A DNA stretch of 63,299 bases, filler included, from Choristocarpus tenellus KU-1152 (Eukaryota > Protista > Phaeophyceae): the NCBI GenBank assembly GCA_964200185.2. It is 12 parts of 12 records of this genome, joined end to end, with 100 filler letters (N's around TTAATTAATTAA, not from the genome) between each part and the next. Parts side by side here need not be neighbours in the genome. Positions count along the whole stretch, not along the records: positions 48,504 to 51,267 come from CAXNAD020024946.1; positions 51,368 to 57,491 come from CAXNAD020008885.1; positions 57,592 to 60,445 come from CAXNAD020024177.1; positions 60,546 to 63,299 come from CAXNAD020025028.1; 8 more parts are not named here. The stretch is one strand, 5' to 3'. Positions 48,404 through 61,596 of this stretch are shown in pieces (within the stretch, counting starts at the first letter, position 1; every line of letters starts with the position of its first letter). Under the pieces are notes generated by a model that was not told the DNA's origin, made no database searches, and worked only from the letters and a program-made list of their open reading frames with translations. The position numbers were made by a program, and so were the translations under genes.

Positions 48404-51367
48404 NNNNNNNNNNNNNNNNNNNNNNNNNNNNNNNNNNNNNNNNNNNNTTAATTAATTAANNNNNNNNNNNNNNNNNNNNNNNNNNNNNNNNNNNNNNNNN
48501 NNNGTGTTAATGTTATGGACTTTTCCCCAAGCACGGCATCCATATTTCCACACTGGGTGGAAGGGGTCCCTCGCCAAATGTTCGTCTTCCATGTATCCCC
48601 ATTCCTCTGGTACCATCCTAGAGGGTTAGTGTAGATGTCCCTAATACCCTTAGAATGAAGCTGAAATCTGGTATGAGAACAGTCTGAAAACGGTCAACTC
48701 GGGGATTTGGTTGGGTGTCCTGTTGTAGGGTGGATGTTCAAGTTTTGGTTAAAGAAATGAGTGTAAAGATGGACATAAATTTGTTGCAACTTAGATATCT
48801 TGGAAAAACCTTGGGCGATAATGGAAAATGACTACGCGTCTTAAACAACATTTATGGACGTTTGCAAGCAACTCTACCATGTCTGGAATATTCAGTGCAA
48901 TCTATCATGATGATAGTATATCTATACTGCACTTCATCTAGGTGTGCCATCTTATCGCCCACATCGAACAAATTGCCCCCCATAGCTTGAGTGCAGCACT
49001 GCATTTCACTGTGTAGCCCCCTTCTGGTGTGAATTGTTAGAGGCAGGAACCCCAACCTGTCGTACTGGGACTTGTCCTTTCACACAATACAAACATTGCC
49101 CTACCGTTTCTCGACACCTGACTCCAAAAGGAACGACGCATCTACCAGGGCTGCAAAATGAAACTTGGAGGGCAATGTGATCTCTTTCAACGGAGGCATG
49201 TGGGTGGCCCGCCCACCGGCTCAAATGGACTAGCCCATAGGTACACCCCTTTTTTTTGCTTGACCTCTCCTTGTAGACCAGCATGGAAAAAGCCTGGTCG
49301 AACCGGTCTTGAGCAATGAATTTGTGGGTGGGCTTAATGCCTTGCAATGCAAGGATACATGGATCATATTGGCTTGTGCGGTCGACCTTGTAAAATAGGA
49401 TCAGCACTAGTACCTACTGTGTGATAAATGTGAGGAAGGAGAAGGCTTACTTCCAAGTCTCTGTTCTGAGCGTGGTGAAAAAAACCTTGAATTGCATTAA
49501 TCATTAGTTATCATGAGGTGCTCCATTAAGAGAGGGATGAAATCTTGTAGGCGAAGCGATGACCCAGTTCACTAAAGCACTGGTGGAATTCAATGTAATA
49601 GATCTTGTAGCATGCTCTGTGAAGAGGTTGACTGAATACTGTAAAAATAGAGTATCATTCAGTGCTGTGGTCCAGGGCAGTGATGCATGGTCTGAGTAGA
49701 GGCTTGATACCTTGTGGAGAAGGTTGTGAATGTACTAACTCTAAATATATATATCACCCGCTTGTGTATGGAGGTATGCTTGTGCCCAGAATAATTCAAA
49801 GTCAGAAGAGAGGAGCGACACCTTACAAAAACATTTAAAACGAGATTCTGGGGTTATTTGTTCTGTGACAAAAAAAAAATCCAAGTCAAATTCTTAGTCA
49901 ACTCATGTGTATCACGTACTTTGCTTCCCCATGTTGAAGAATACCCATCAATTCCAGCGATCAAACTTACTATAAACGTCCATAATGCAACGATAAATCA
50001 TGAGTACATACCGCGTAGAGCGGTATAGGTGCGACTTGGGTACTTACAAACTAAGGAACCATTACTGGTGGACAGGTCAACTGTCGAGAATAGTTCATTG
50101 TACTGGGCTGCATTTATGAATTATGGAAGAAGTATCCAAAGTAGCCTACTTCTTAACTCGTGGTCCTTGTCTATCAACACCTGGAAACTACACAGTAGGG
50201 GTGGGGCATGAATATAGTTGAGTGGCATCTTGTACGTATAAAAGGAATATGACGGATGAAGGTCATATATGGCAGAGATTATCATATTGGGGGTATATTG
50301 TAGTTCTTAGTGTCTTGACCCTGGACAATGCCCCAGGAATATATGTAATCCTGCAACTTTCGGTCCCTTGCCTGCGGAATTCACCGCTCCTTTATGTGCA
50401 TTCGCAAAACCATGCTACGCAGGAGGCAAAGAAGTTGTTGAATACAACAATCCCAATCCCAACCTTCTTGAAGGCCTCCTCACCCTCTTCATTTACCTTG
50501 TGTTACTTATTTGATTCTTAGGCAAATGATACATACCTCGGTCTACATGCTCCAAAATCTAACACGTACATAACATGCAACATACAAACTGCAGCAATAT
50601 ATGGAAGGTGCGAGATGTGGTCTTTTCAACAAGAGACGGGAAATGATACTAGTGTTTCGTACTGTAACGGAAACATTTGCAGAGTCTGGAGGGGGGAAAA
50701 CAAGGTCAAATAATAAATGGAAATTGATGGTGGTGAAACAAGCAAAGTATGAGGAGTGGTCTCTGTAATGAGATATTAGTGTGTACAGTTTGTCGTACTG
50801 TGCCTGTTGCATTGGTGATGTATCAATCGATAGGAGATTAGGAATATGAATATTGGATCATGATGGTGTGCCTGGAACATTGGCAAAGGGTAGAGGACTA
50901 AGAAACAAGGTGAAATTAATCATGGAACATTAGAAACTGTTGATGACACAGGAAGGTGTGAGTTGTGGTTACTTTGCTAGAGTTAAGGAGTGCTAATGGT
51001 GAGTCAAAATGTTTCCGCAAGATTGACGAGAATCTGATATTCCTGTATATTGAGGTCAAAAAATGGCTTGAAAATTGAAAAAATGAAGCGAAAATCGTGA
51101 TTTCGGAATGTCCGGCCAAACTTTTTGTCAATTTTCTCGATGGTCTGGGGTTCGTCACAGCATTCTAAGCAACACCCAAAGGTTTTTATTGCGAAGAATG
51201 TGTATTTTGATACCTGAACTTGTTCTTGTGATGAGGTATTGGGTCAACGTATCTGGGGGGGGGGGGGNNNNNNNNNNNNNNNNNNNNNNNNNNNNNNNNN
51301 NNNNNNNNNNNTTAATTAATTAANNNNNNNNNNNNNNNNNNNNNNNNNNNNNNNNNNNNNNNNNNNN

Positions 51368-51451
51368 GTTAATCTGTGAATTGGATTTGACTTGTACATC
51401 CTGGAAAGGTGAGCATTGAGGGGTGCCTGTAACATGGAGGTCCTACCGAGA
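51368..51451 (+). mobile_element. LTR 3' end plus tRNA-Gln-type primer-binding site
   Basis: ...CCTGTAACA (51434) is followed by TGGAGGTCCTACCGAGA, complementary to the typical tRNA-Gln 3' end TCTCGGT(A/G)GGACCT-CCA. Confidence 0.75.
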
Positions 51452-51828
51452 CTGTAACATGTCTTGGGGATAGTGACACGGGGGGAAAGTAGTGGAGATT
51501 GAAGGCGGGCAGCTAATGAAGCTTCATCAATGATACCCAGCGTGTGTTCAGCAACCCCGTTAAATTGAGGACTATCTGCAGGTATAATCTCCTGTTTTAC
51601 CCCGCGATCACGGCAAAGAGTACCGAAAGCACCCTCATAAAATCCCCCCTCATATCAGACCATACGCAAATAAACCAAGAGAGAGTACTGTCAGCTCAGA
51701 TATCGGCCAGGTACTTCTTGAAGGCTTCGGCGGCATCCAACTTAGCACAAAGGAAATACAACCAAAGAAAACGAGAATAGCCGTCCCGGATGATCATGGT
51801 GTATTGTTTACCACTGATTGAAAGGGTA

Positions 51829-52397
51829 GAATGAAAGTGTCTTGGAGGGTACGAGTTTTGCCCTGTTTGTCCATTTGGGGCTTGGCTTCCTATGGGTGTT
51901 TTAGTGACATTTTCCTACTCCAAAAAGTTTAGGAGTAGGTAAAATGTATACGTTATGAAAAGGTGTGTCCGAAACATAGATATCGACACTTCCTAAAAAA
52001 CACGACAGCCAAAATTACATCAAAATCGCAACGTTGGATTTTGTGTCACAGGCGATATGTCTTGATGGCGATTTCATAAACACCATTATGACATTGAAGT
52101 TCTAGATTTTATATATTTGTACATCTTGATTATTTATTTATTAATTGGTCATTACGGTCCCCGATTGTGATCGACATTGTTGATCAGTCCCTTTTTATAC
52201 CATGATTTTTACGATAATCCAAGTGAGAGAGCCAGCATACTTGACGACTTGTGCATCAGGAGTCCTATACTTACATCAGTATCATCTGTAAGACCATGGA
52301 TTGGAGCTATACATCCTGTGGAGGTGAGCATCGAGGGGCGCCTGTAACGTTTGATCCCTAAATGGACGCGGCTCTACCCTCTAAGATACTTTGGCTC
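51829..52397. mobile_element. MITE family A with nested solo LTR
   Basis: TIRs present; 4-bp TSD GGTA. Confidence 0.9.
52044..52349 (+). repeat. Solo LTR (about 300 bp), Gypsy-type
   Basis: TGTCACAGGCG...CGCCTGTAAC(G); 4-bp TSD TTTG; second copy at 53200-53495. Confidence 0.85.
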
Positions 52398-53199
52398 GGT
52401 AGCCCTCTTCCCACTTAGATCGACAAAAACCCAACCCAGCATTCTCATGGCCCTTGTAGACGTGCTGGACCGGATGCCCTTCCAGATGTCCTTGCTTATA
52501 GAGCAGCACTCACATGGCCCCAGCTCCCCCCCACCAATGTAATGCCCATTGAAGTGACGATGGACTTGAGCAATGCCTCGTATACGTGGCCATAAGAGCG
52601 ATGAAAGAGGTTAATGTTGATGTTGGTGTGGGGAGCATGAGGTGCAAGCAAGGGGGCTATGGTAACCTTCAAAGCAACTTCAGCATTTCGACCCAGTCGC
52701 GGCAATATGCTTTGACCATGGAGGGCATAATGACAACCAGGATCTCTTGTGAAGACAAGTTTGCCATCATGTAACGAAAATGTACTAGCTGTGCAAGTCA
52801 CCCATATCTGCTGCGGCTTGGCAAGAAAAAATATTAAATCCAAGATTCGGGACATGTGCGACATTATGGAGGACTGCCTCTACTTCCTTGTTGTCACACG
52901 AGGGAAACAAGATGGTTAGATCACCATGACCAGTGATACAAAAGGAATTCTGACAGGTAGTGATTACCCTTCAATCTACTAGACAGGGCTTGTAGTCGGT
53001 CATGCACGCGATCGTGTCTGTCATGTGATACGCAGCCACACTGTCGAAAATCTACTCTTCTCTTTCGTGGCCAACTCCAACACTTGACACCAAACATTCA
53101 TTTACCCCACACTTGCCTTGAGCATTGCCCACTCGGAGAATCATCAGTGGTGACCAGTAGTGCGTAACACTTGTTGTCGTCACTGCTGGTCGCACTTTG

Positions 53200-53495
53200 T
53201 GTTTCAGGTGCCCCTCGATGCTCACCTCCACAGGATGTATAGCTCCAATCCATGGTTTTATAGATGATACTGATGTACGTATAGGACTCCTGATGCACAA
53301 GTTGTCAAGTATGCTGGATCTCTCACTTGGATTATTGTAAATATCAAGGTATAACAAGGAACTGAACAACAGTGTCTTATCACAATCGGGGACCATAATG
53401 ACCAAATAATCAAGAAATACAAATATATCAAATCTAGAACTTCAATGTCATAATGGTGTTTATGAAACCGCCATCAAAACATATCGCCTGTGACA
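53200..53495 (-). repeat. Solo LTR, same family, inverted
   Basis: Reverse complement of 52044-52349; TSD TTTG/ATTG; absent at the equivalent site of the other Copia copy. Confidence 0.85.
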
Positions 53496-53931
53496 ATTGC
53501 ACAGTAATGTGAGAAGGTTTCACCTTGGTCTCGTTCTTTTCTTTCCCAGACTCCATCATAGTTATGAACACTGAAGTACATGTTGTAGCATCATTGGCAC
53601 GTCCACCACACTTGGTGCAAATGCGGCTTGGGCAAGCTCCCTTCTCGTGTCCATTCTTGCCACACCTCTCACCAGGAATCTTCTCGGAACTTTTAGGGTT
53701 GGAATTAGAACCATTTTTATTTTCTACACCATGAAATTACATTCCACCCCATGACGTTGGCCGTTACGACGAGGCTGACTCTTCCAAAACGTGGCTGTTC
53801 TTGTGTCTTGATTGCTTCCCCTCGTGAAGGGAAGCATATCGCTCTTTAATAGTTTTCTCTACGTCTGCTTGACATAGTGCCCTCTGCGAGGCCACCATTT
53901 GTATCTTGGTATCGTAATCTGATCCGAGTGC

Positions 53932-54107
53932 GGCTCGAAGTATATAGGGAGGGTGGCGGCTGTCTATTTGGGGCCATTTATTTCATGTCGTAATATTTGA
54001 GTGATTTGGTTCCATATGTTGGATGGATAATGAGAGTGCACTTTCCTGGTTTTGGTTCAAATGGACACTCTGGTGTAGATCCCCCCCCCCCCCAGATACT
54101 TTGGGTC
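53932..54107. mobile_element. MITE family C in Copia gag
   Basis: GGCTCGAAGTAT...ATACTTTGGGTC. The 3-bp TSD TGC is supported by the empty site AGTGCACTCAG in the other Copia copy (about 25885). Confidence 0.9.
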
Positions 54108-55784
54108 TGCACTCAGAAACTGTAAGAGCAGCAGCTAGTCCGGGATGACAAGGTCCATTGATAGCATCCTCCCCCGTAGCTCCTCCAATGTGGTTAAGGT
54201 CAGGAGCGAATTCGCCCCCTTCTCCACCTCCAAAGAGAAAAACTCACGGAACAAACGTTGGCTACCACCCACTGTATTAGGCATGAACCAATCATCTACT
54301 GCTCGGAAAATCTTGCTTGGGCTTTGGTGCGTATAGCACAGAGTCCTGGTGGTTGGTACGACAAGAGCAACAATAAGTGCATAGTAAGCCTCTTCGGCCA
54401 TCCAGATATCATTCGCACTGAACCCATCTGAGAGAAGTTTCTTGTCGGAGTGTTCTTGGTTAACTGGCCTTTCACTTGTCAACACACCCAGGGAGTGGGT
54501 ATATCGACAATGCATGATGAAACGCCTCCGCCAGTCCCGGTAGTCCGAGTCGTCCAATAATTTTGGTGGCTGAGCCCTTAACCTCTTAGGTTGAGCAGTA
54601 TGTGCACCTGACCCCAAACTCACCGAAGAACTGGACCTCCGACTCGCCCCACTTCTGACGCCCACAGCATCATCTGAACTGTTTCCCATCTGTGGGAAAT
54701 TTTCCCTCAACATGGGCTCCATCGGACCCACTTTGACTGGTACATGCCCAGCCGGAGGCTGTGTGCTGGGCACAGTGGCCTGGACAACGGGATGGTTTTC
54801 CATCGCAGACTCTATCAGACTGCAACATGAGATTGCCAGCATTACTCTATCAGATCCGCTACCGTCGCCATAAGCTGCCAGAATTCTTCAACAGATGGAC
54901 CCTCGGCAGGAACAGGTAGAATCTCATCTCCATCTGAAGACATGATGAAATGACAGGTTAGAAACCTAAGGTCCAATATATCGTGTTAAAGTATTCCCCA
55001 AATCATAAAAATAATATAGATGATACACCCAAGGAGATTGGTTGATGTCTGTGGAGTGATTGATTAACGTTAAGTGGGGCATGCAGCACCCCATAAAATC
55101 AGAAATATTTCCTTTTATATGAGAAATGTTCTCATTTGGCTAATCGCTAATAAAAGGTTCTGATCAACTTAAAATCACTAAAGATTGTTCTCTCACTCCA
55201 TACACAGTTTACCACAACTGTCCGATAGAGTTGGAAGAGTCTAATGGAACAAATCGCTCCACTTCTCTCTGGAAACACTGACTCTCTTGTTGGAGTGGGA
55301 CTAAGTCTGAACGAGGAAACAGCATGGGAAGGAGAGACTGCGTTAATAATAATCTTCTGTACATCTTTCCACTACGTTTAAGAGGTTACTGGAACACGGT
55401 TGTCAGGGGACGACTGTAATCTGGTCAAATCACCAGGTGAATGCCATTCTAATGTGCCAGCCAACACCTAAAAAAAATATGTTTCAGCGAGTCCTTGAAG
55501 AAACATTTCGGAGAAACTTCCATGCAACAAGCATCAATAGTTTTTCAGGGGATGCAGGGCCGTGTTGACAAGAGTGCAGGGTGATTGCGACATACCATTT
55601 AGATAATAAAAGTGGTAAATCTGTTACAAAACGCTCCACAACTTACCTCCACGGGATGTGTGGCTCCAGTCCACAAGCCTATAGACAGTGCTGATGCATG
55701 AATAGGGCGCCTGAGGTATACTGATAGCCTGATGACCAGCAATATGGTAGGTATGAGGTTAACAAATGAAGATATAATTCTTCT

Positions 55785-56034
55785 GAGTCAAAGTATCCTA
55801 GATTGTAGAGCCACGCCCGTTTGGCGGTCAAAATCCAATGTTGAATTTTTGATGTAATTTTGGCTATCATTTTTGTTAAGAAGTGTCAATATCCTTGTTC
55901 CAGGCGCACCTTTCATAACATACACATTATACCTACTCCAATAATAGGTAAAATGTAATTAAACAAAACTTAGGAATCCAAGCCCCAAATGGACAAACAG
56001 GGCAAAACTCCCACCCTCTAAGATATTTTCACTC
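55785..56034. mobile_element. MITE family A
   Basis: Family A TIRs; flanks TCT/TCT. Confidence 0.88.
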
Positions 56035-56099
56035 TCTCAATGTGAATATACAACAAAATATCAAAGAACTTAGACCTGTGTCAATTTCTGTCCATGAAA

Positions 56100-57385
56100 T
56101 CTGTTGTTATTGTTTTTTTAGATGCCGTATACATCTGAAAACCTTTGTTTTATTCTAAGTTAGAGATTTTACCATGTAACTGACTTCCCCATTTGGAGGG
56201 TCCGTGTTAGCGTTAGAACGTGAGAAGACATACTTGCGCTACTCACCTGTAACAATTTTTCTTCTCCAGAACCTGTGATCGCCAGACCAGTTGGGATCTC
56301 CAAAGTGAAATATCTAAAACGATACCCTTTATCTGTTGGACGTGGAGGTGATACACCGCTACTGTTCTCAACAGGTGTTACATGACCAATCGACAGTCCA
56401 CAGGTCTGAAGTTTCAAGAGATTCTGAAGCCATTCAGATAGTACAGCATTACTTCTTGGGCACTTGTTGAAGTTGTTGCAATGAAAGCGGGGATTGCATT
56501 GCCGAACTTTGCCTTTGAAGTGTCCACCTCGTGAGCATTTGAATGTGGTGACGTAACAGGATTGTCCAGAAAAAGGATATAATGGGTGTCACAGTTGGCC
56601 GAGCTGACATGATGTTCGAGGGTTGACAATCATTCCTCTACAACCACAACGAACTGTTGGGAAGCTTGTCTACGATTCGCATTTGTTGAGTTGTTGGACG
56701 GCGTTGGGGACTAACTAGAGGAGTTGCAATAAGAATCATGGTTTATTGAGGGCTCAATGTCCTCCACTGACTAGTTTTCTTCAGCTTTATGTTCTTCCAC
56801 TTCTCTTGTTTCTTCAATATGTTCAGCCAGATCTACTGTTCACGACGTTTTCTTCTGGTTTTGGCGTTCGGTATGTTTGGTTAGTAGTCAAATAAAAAAT
56901 TTAACCTGTCACCCTATCTCTGAGTTCACCAGTGTAGCCAGTATGAATCTTGGAATTATGTGATGGAATGGTTCACTCAGGCAAGGGTGGCGAAGAGAAT
57001 CACCAGGCAAGACAGAACAGACAGACCAGGACGGACCAGACTACGGACCAAGACAAACTGCAACCGAGAGGACGAGGTTAAGGTTTAAAAAGTGCAAGAC
57101 TGAAAGGACTTGCAAGAAATGTAGGGAACTGAGGAAGTGGAGATAATCATGGTTCTCATGGGTTTCACAAAATAATCCTTTCAGAGATGGCAGATCCACT
57201 TTCGGAAAAATGTACTCATAAAAAGACGTTACGGGAAGACACAGAAATCTATTCCTCCTAAGATCCTCCACAGAGTGGAGTCACAAAGTTCTCAGAACAG
57301 AACCTCAAACGGTATGAATAAATATATCATAAGGCAATAACGGTATAATATCAGACAAACTGGCTTTCCAAACCTGTACTATTTC
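56100..57385 (-). mobile_element. Probable LTR retrotransposon 5' end: LTR from 56933, PBS and degraded gag
   Basis: Minus strand ...GGCTACA-C-TGGTGAACTCAG (tRNA-Trp-like PBS); a piece of this LTR recurs at 27366-27430. Confidence 0.45.
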
Positions 57386-57491
57386 ATATATATTTATATT
57401 ATTATGCCCTCTGACATTCTGCAGATGTGTCAGGGGGAAAACCAATCAAAACTATACATATGTCGTTATTAGCCCTAGAGAAATAAAATAT
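57385..57491 (-). mobile_element. Inverted 3' end of the CRE-like element, running into a gap
   Basis: ATTATTATGCCCTCTGACATTCTGCAGATGTGTCAGGGG, the reverse complement of the element's 3' terminus. Confidence 0.8.
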
Positions 57492-57789
57492 NNNNNNNNN
57501 NNNNNNNNNNNNNNNNNNNNNNNNNNNNNNNNNNNTTAATTAATTAANNNNNNNNNNNNNNNNNNNNNNNNNNNNNNNNNNNNNNNNNNNNCACCCCCTA
57601 CCCCCACACCCCAACCCACCTCATCCCCTCCTCCATTCCAACCCATCTCACCTCCCCTCCCGCTCCAGTCACCACCACCACCACAACCCAACCCACGCCC
57701 CCCATCCCACCTCACTTACTTCCTCACCCCAATCACAACCACCACCACCACCTACCCCCATTACCCCCCCTCCCTCCACGGAAAATCTA

Positions 57790-60445
57790 GGCCACCTACC
57801 ACCACATCCACGTCTGCCTTGGGGGGTTCACACTCCAAGTGTAGTTTCTGCCCTTGACCAAGTCCAGATGGAGATCCTGGAGTAGGTAAACATCACCACA
57901 GTTAAGAAGGTCCCAGGCAGATTCTGCACCGCCCACACAATCACCCTCATACACACAGTGGATCTCTTGATACATGAGGTAACCGCCCCAAGGCTGGAGG
58001 GTGGGACACCAACCATAGGGGTCATCCGAGCGTCCAAACTTTTCCACATGATCTCTGCCCTCTTACTGGCAAATGATGGAAAGTACTCGAGGGAGGAAAG
58101 TTTTGCCTGGGTGGCATCAGGGAACATCCAAGAGCTGGTAGCATGGCTACTAGAACGATCCCAGAGGACCAGTAGACGTAGGGAGGCCCCTAGAGAGGAC
58201 CCCAAATCCCGCCAGAAACGTGCTGCAGCATTGGGTCACCACCATGGAGGAATCTCCAAGGGGGCGAGTGTGCCCCTATCACAACCCAGAGCCCCGGGGA
58301 CGGAGGAGACTTTCAGTGTGCTGGTCGCCAAACACCCTAATGAGAACCAGGATGAGGTTAGGCAGGTCATCACAGACGCAAAAGACAGGGCACAAGGGAA
58401 TTCAAAATCGAGGGAACAAAGGTACTGCCCCCCAGAAGGGGAATACACCCCCACCTCCCTTCAAACGGCCTTCATGAGAGCGAACAGCAACTCTGCACCA
58501 GGCCCCGATTGGATGCGACATAGTCACATCAGATCAGGCCTCACGACAGATGCTGATCACGAAGAAGTGGCGGAGGCATTTGCAAAACTATGGGAGCTGG
58601 CCTACACCTCCCCGAACTCTTTTCCTCTGGAGTTCCGGACACTTCATATAAACTCCACAGACTGTCCGCAATTGGGGAGAAGTGTCGCCTGGTCGCCTGC
58701 GGATCTTTCTTCAGAATGGCATGTGCTTCAGCTTTCTGCTCAGACTGGTGCCCCTACCTGGAGGAATTTTTCAGTGGAGTAGGACAATTTGGCGTCGGAG
58801 TCCCAAATGGAGTAGAGTGTGCACTCCTAGATACCCACCTAAGGAAGGAGTGTGGAGAATGGGTCATCAATCTAGACGGAAGAAATGCTTTCAACAGCAT
58901 GCACCGCTCGCCCTTCATCAAGGCTCTCCCAGAGACTCTACCAGGACTCCTGCCTTATGTCTCCAAGGTATATAGAGACACCTGACACCTTCTTTTCCCC
59001 CTGGATAAGGGAAGGATGAAGATCCTGCCATCAAGATCAGGGGCACAACAGTGAGACCCCCTTGGCCCCCTCTCATATTGCATGGCGACACATAAGGCGC
59101 TACAGCAAGTCCAATCTGCTTTTGTACCCCAAGGGATTTCCTCCCGGAGCTATCTGGATGACACGTCCATATCTGCAGGGGAGATCGACCCTAACACCAT
59201 AGCTGCTTTCGAGCAGTTAAAAACTGATCTCCATGAGGTGGGCATTGACTTAAATACGGACAAGACCTTTGCCACACCTCCTCAGGGCCACCAACCCACG
59301 CCCTCAGAACTGGAGCTTCTTTCTGCCACAGGAATCAACCTAGCCCAGAACCCCAATGGTTTTGTCACATTGGGGGCTCCCGTGGGCACAAATGCCTTTA
59401 TCCAAGCCCATATAGCTGAGGTGATCGAGAGCTCTGGGACACGAACTTTGACCACACACCTCAGCGAGATGGAGGACAAACAAGTGGCCTGGCTCCTCAA
59501 CTCCTGGTCCCTCTCCTTCGGCCTAGGCTATCTTGCGAGGGTCGCTCCCCCCCTCTTGGCACACTCCACCATGGAGCAAGCAGATATCACCTCATTGTGG
59601 ACACTAGAGAGGATAATGGAGGTAGCAGACTCAACAGAGGCGACGAACTTCTTTGAGGGAGGGTGTAACAATGGGTCTCTCCGCCTAGAGACCCACCAAC
59701 AAGTACAGACACAGGTGCCCACAAGTGCGAGGGGTCTGGGCCTCTCCTCTATGAAACACCCTCAACATGTGGCTTTCGTAGGATCACTGGTAGCTACTCT
59801 CCCCAGCCTCCTACCAAGCCAGCAAGGGCCTCATGGTGAGTCCTTCTCGCAAGCTATTTGCACGAGCCCCACCATTCAGACCTTAGGAACATCCATTCGC
59901 TCCCTCCTTTCCACAGGTGTCCCCCCAGAAGACCTTACCAAAATCATTGGTCAAGACTGGGTAACCTGGGGGGGAACAACATCCCCTGCAACTGCCTCAG
60001 AGGTACACATCCTAGTTGTCCATGACGCCAGGATCACAAGGAGGGCTCAACACAAGATCACGCGCCTCCTCAACAAGATCCATTTTGACTCCTTCAGGAC
60101 ACAACTGGCCGGCCTCCCAAATGAGGCACACCAAGGGAGGGAAAGTTCCTCATTAGCCCTAGCGCGCCACCGGAGCCAGTGTGGACAAGGGGCAAACACG
60201 TGGGCCTCAACTCAACCTCTGAAACCAGCATGGTAGATCCCCCCTCTAGAACCCAAGCTTACAGTCAGCTAGGGACGGAAGAGACCCTCTCAAACAAGTG
60301 CCCAGTGGCAGGGTGCAGGAGGCAAAATGTTGATACCAGACATGCCCGTACCTGCCCCAGGGCAGTGGCAGGGTGCAGGAGGCAAAATATCGACACCAGA
60401 CATGCCCGTACCTGCCCCAGGGCAGGAGGACAGGTACGATAGCAC
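57790..60445 (+). mobile_element. CRE-clade-like non-LTR retrotransposon, RT pseudogene
   Basis: SAPGPDWMR, QFGVGVPNGVE, LDGRNAFNSMHRS, GAQQ*DPLGPL, SYLDD, LGAPVG, RGLGL and a C-terminal zinc finger; frameshifts and stops present. Confidence 0.92.
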
Positions 60446-61596
60446 NNNNNNNNNNNNNNNNNNNNNNNNNNNNNNNNNNNNNNNNNNNNTTAATTAATTA
60501 ANNNNNNNNNNNNNNNNNNNNNNNNNNNNNNNNNNNNNNNNNNNNTAGACCCCCCCCCCCTCCCAGATAATTTGGGTCCGAATGTCCCACATCATCGTCT
60601 GTGTGTACATAAAATAATACTTCAAATCTTGTTCACAAATGGTTAAGCATAATCTTGACAATCATCCTTAAGGTGAAGAGTGAAAAAATCAAGTCCCCCT
60701 ATCCACAACTAACGTCTTATCTTCCTGGTCCCACCAGCCACTAAGAAACAAACCCTGTTGTAGGCCAAATGTTTCAACGTCTGCAATATTTTGGTGAATG
60801 AATTTTAGGTACCTACTGATCTGGGAGTGTTTGTTTCTGTGTATGTGTGTGTGCGTGCGTGTGTGTGTGCGTGTGTGTGTGATGACAGTTTCAACCATCC
60901 ACACGCCATTCGGGAGTGCAAATCAATCTCACGTAACACTTCACAAAATATAACATATCGAGGTATGTTATACCTTTATTGCGCCGCTGGCTTGCCCTTT
61001 CGAAAGTTCTTCTCCTCCTTTCCCTTCGCCCTCTCAAACTCAAGAACAGCATCACCCTCCCTTGCCATCTCCTCTGCCGAAGTTCTCAGCCTACACTCCT
61101 CTAGTACAGTGGATAGTTCCTGCTCTAGCATAGATTGGATACTTTGAAGCTTATTTGCCAGACTACGGTGTATGAATGTAATACCATAAGAGGAGGGTCA
61201 GAGATATCACAAGAAAATATATTTGGGGCGGGGGAGGTCGATAGATTATGTGATACAATGATAATACCAGTAGCAGAATGTAGCAGTGTGGTCGATTGTG
61301 TTCAGTCACTAGAGAGTCATGAGATGAAGAGTTTCCAAGGGCTGCATTGTGCTGAGGTACAGGGGCAGTGGTTGGCACGACAAAGGGAGAAATTATTATC
61401 ACACACCAAAATAAACCTCTCTAACAGAGCAGTAGGTAAAAACAATTCTTATATAACGGTGCCAATAATAATAATAATACCAATGTTAAGAATGAAAAAT
61501 AGAATAATAAAACCATTTTTGTTTGAATGAGAAAAGTAGGAACAATAAGAGAAAGAATGATAATATTAACAATGAGAGCTCTATCATCATCATTAT

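Larger units (their letters stand above)
51505..55251 (-). mobile_element. Ty1/Copia 5' part (relative of 23924-27042): 5' LTR 54984-55251, gag, protease, integrase, with four nested insertions
   Basis: gag PPKLLDDSDYRDWRRRF; two zinc knuckles; FHRSYGHVY; collinear with the first copy. Confidence 0.93.

Noticed and set aside
60976-61165. Coiled-coil-like minus-strand exon
   Set aside because: Single candidate exon ending in a stop, with no domain or partner exon; opposite strand to the CAP-Gly gene.
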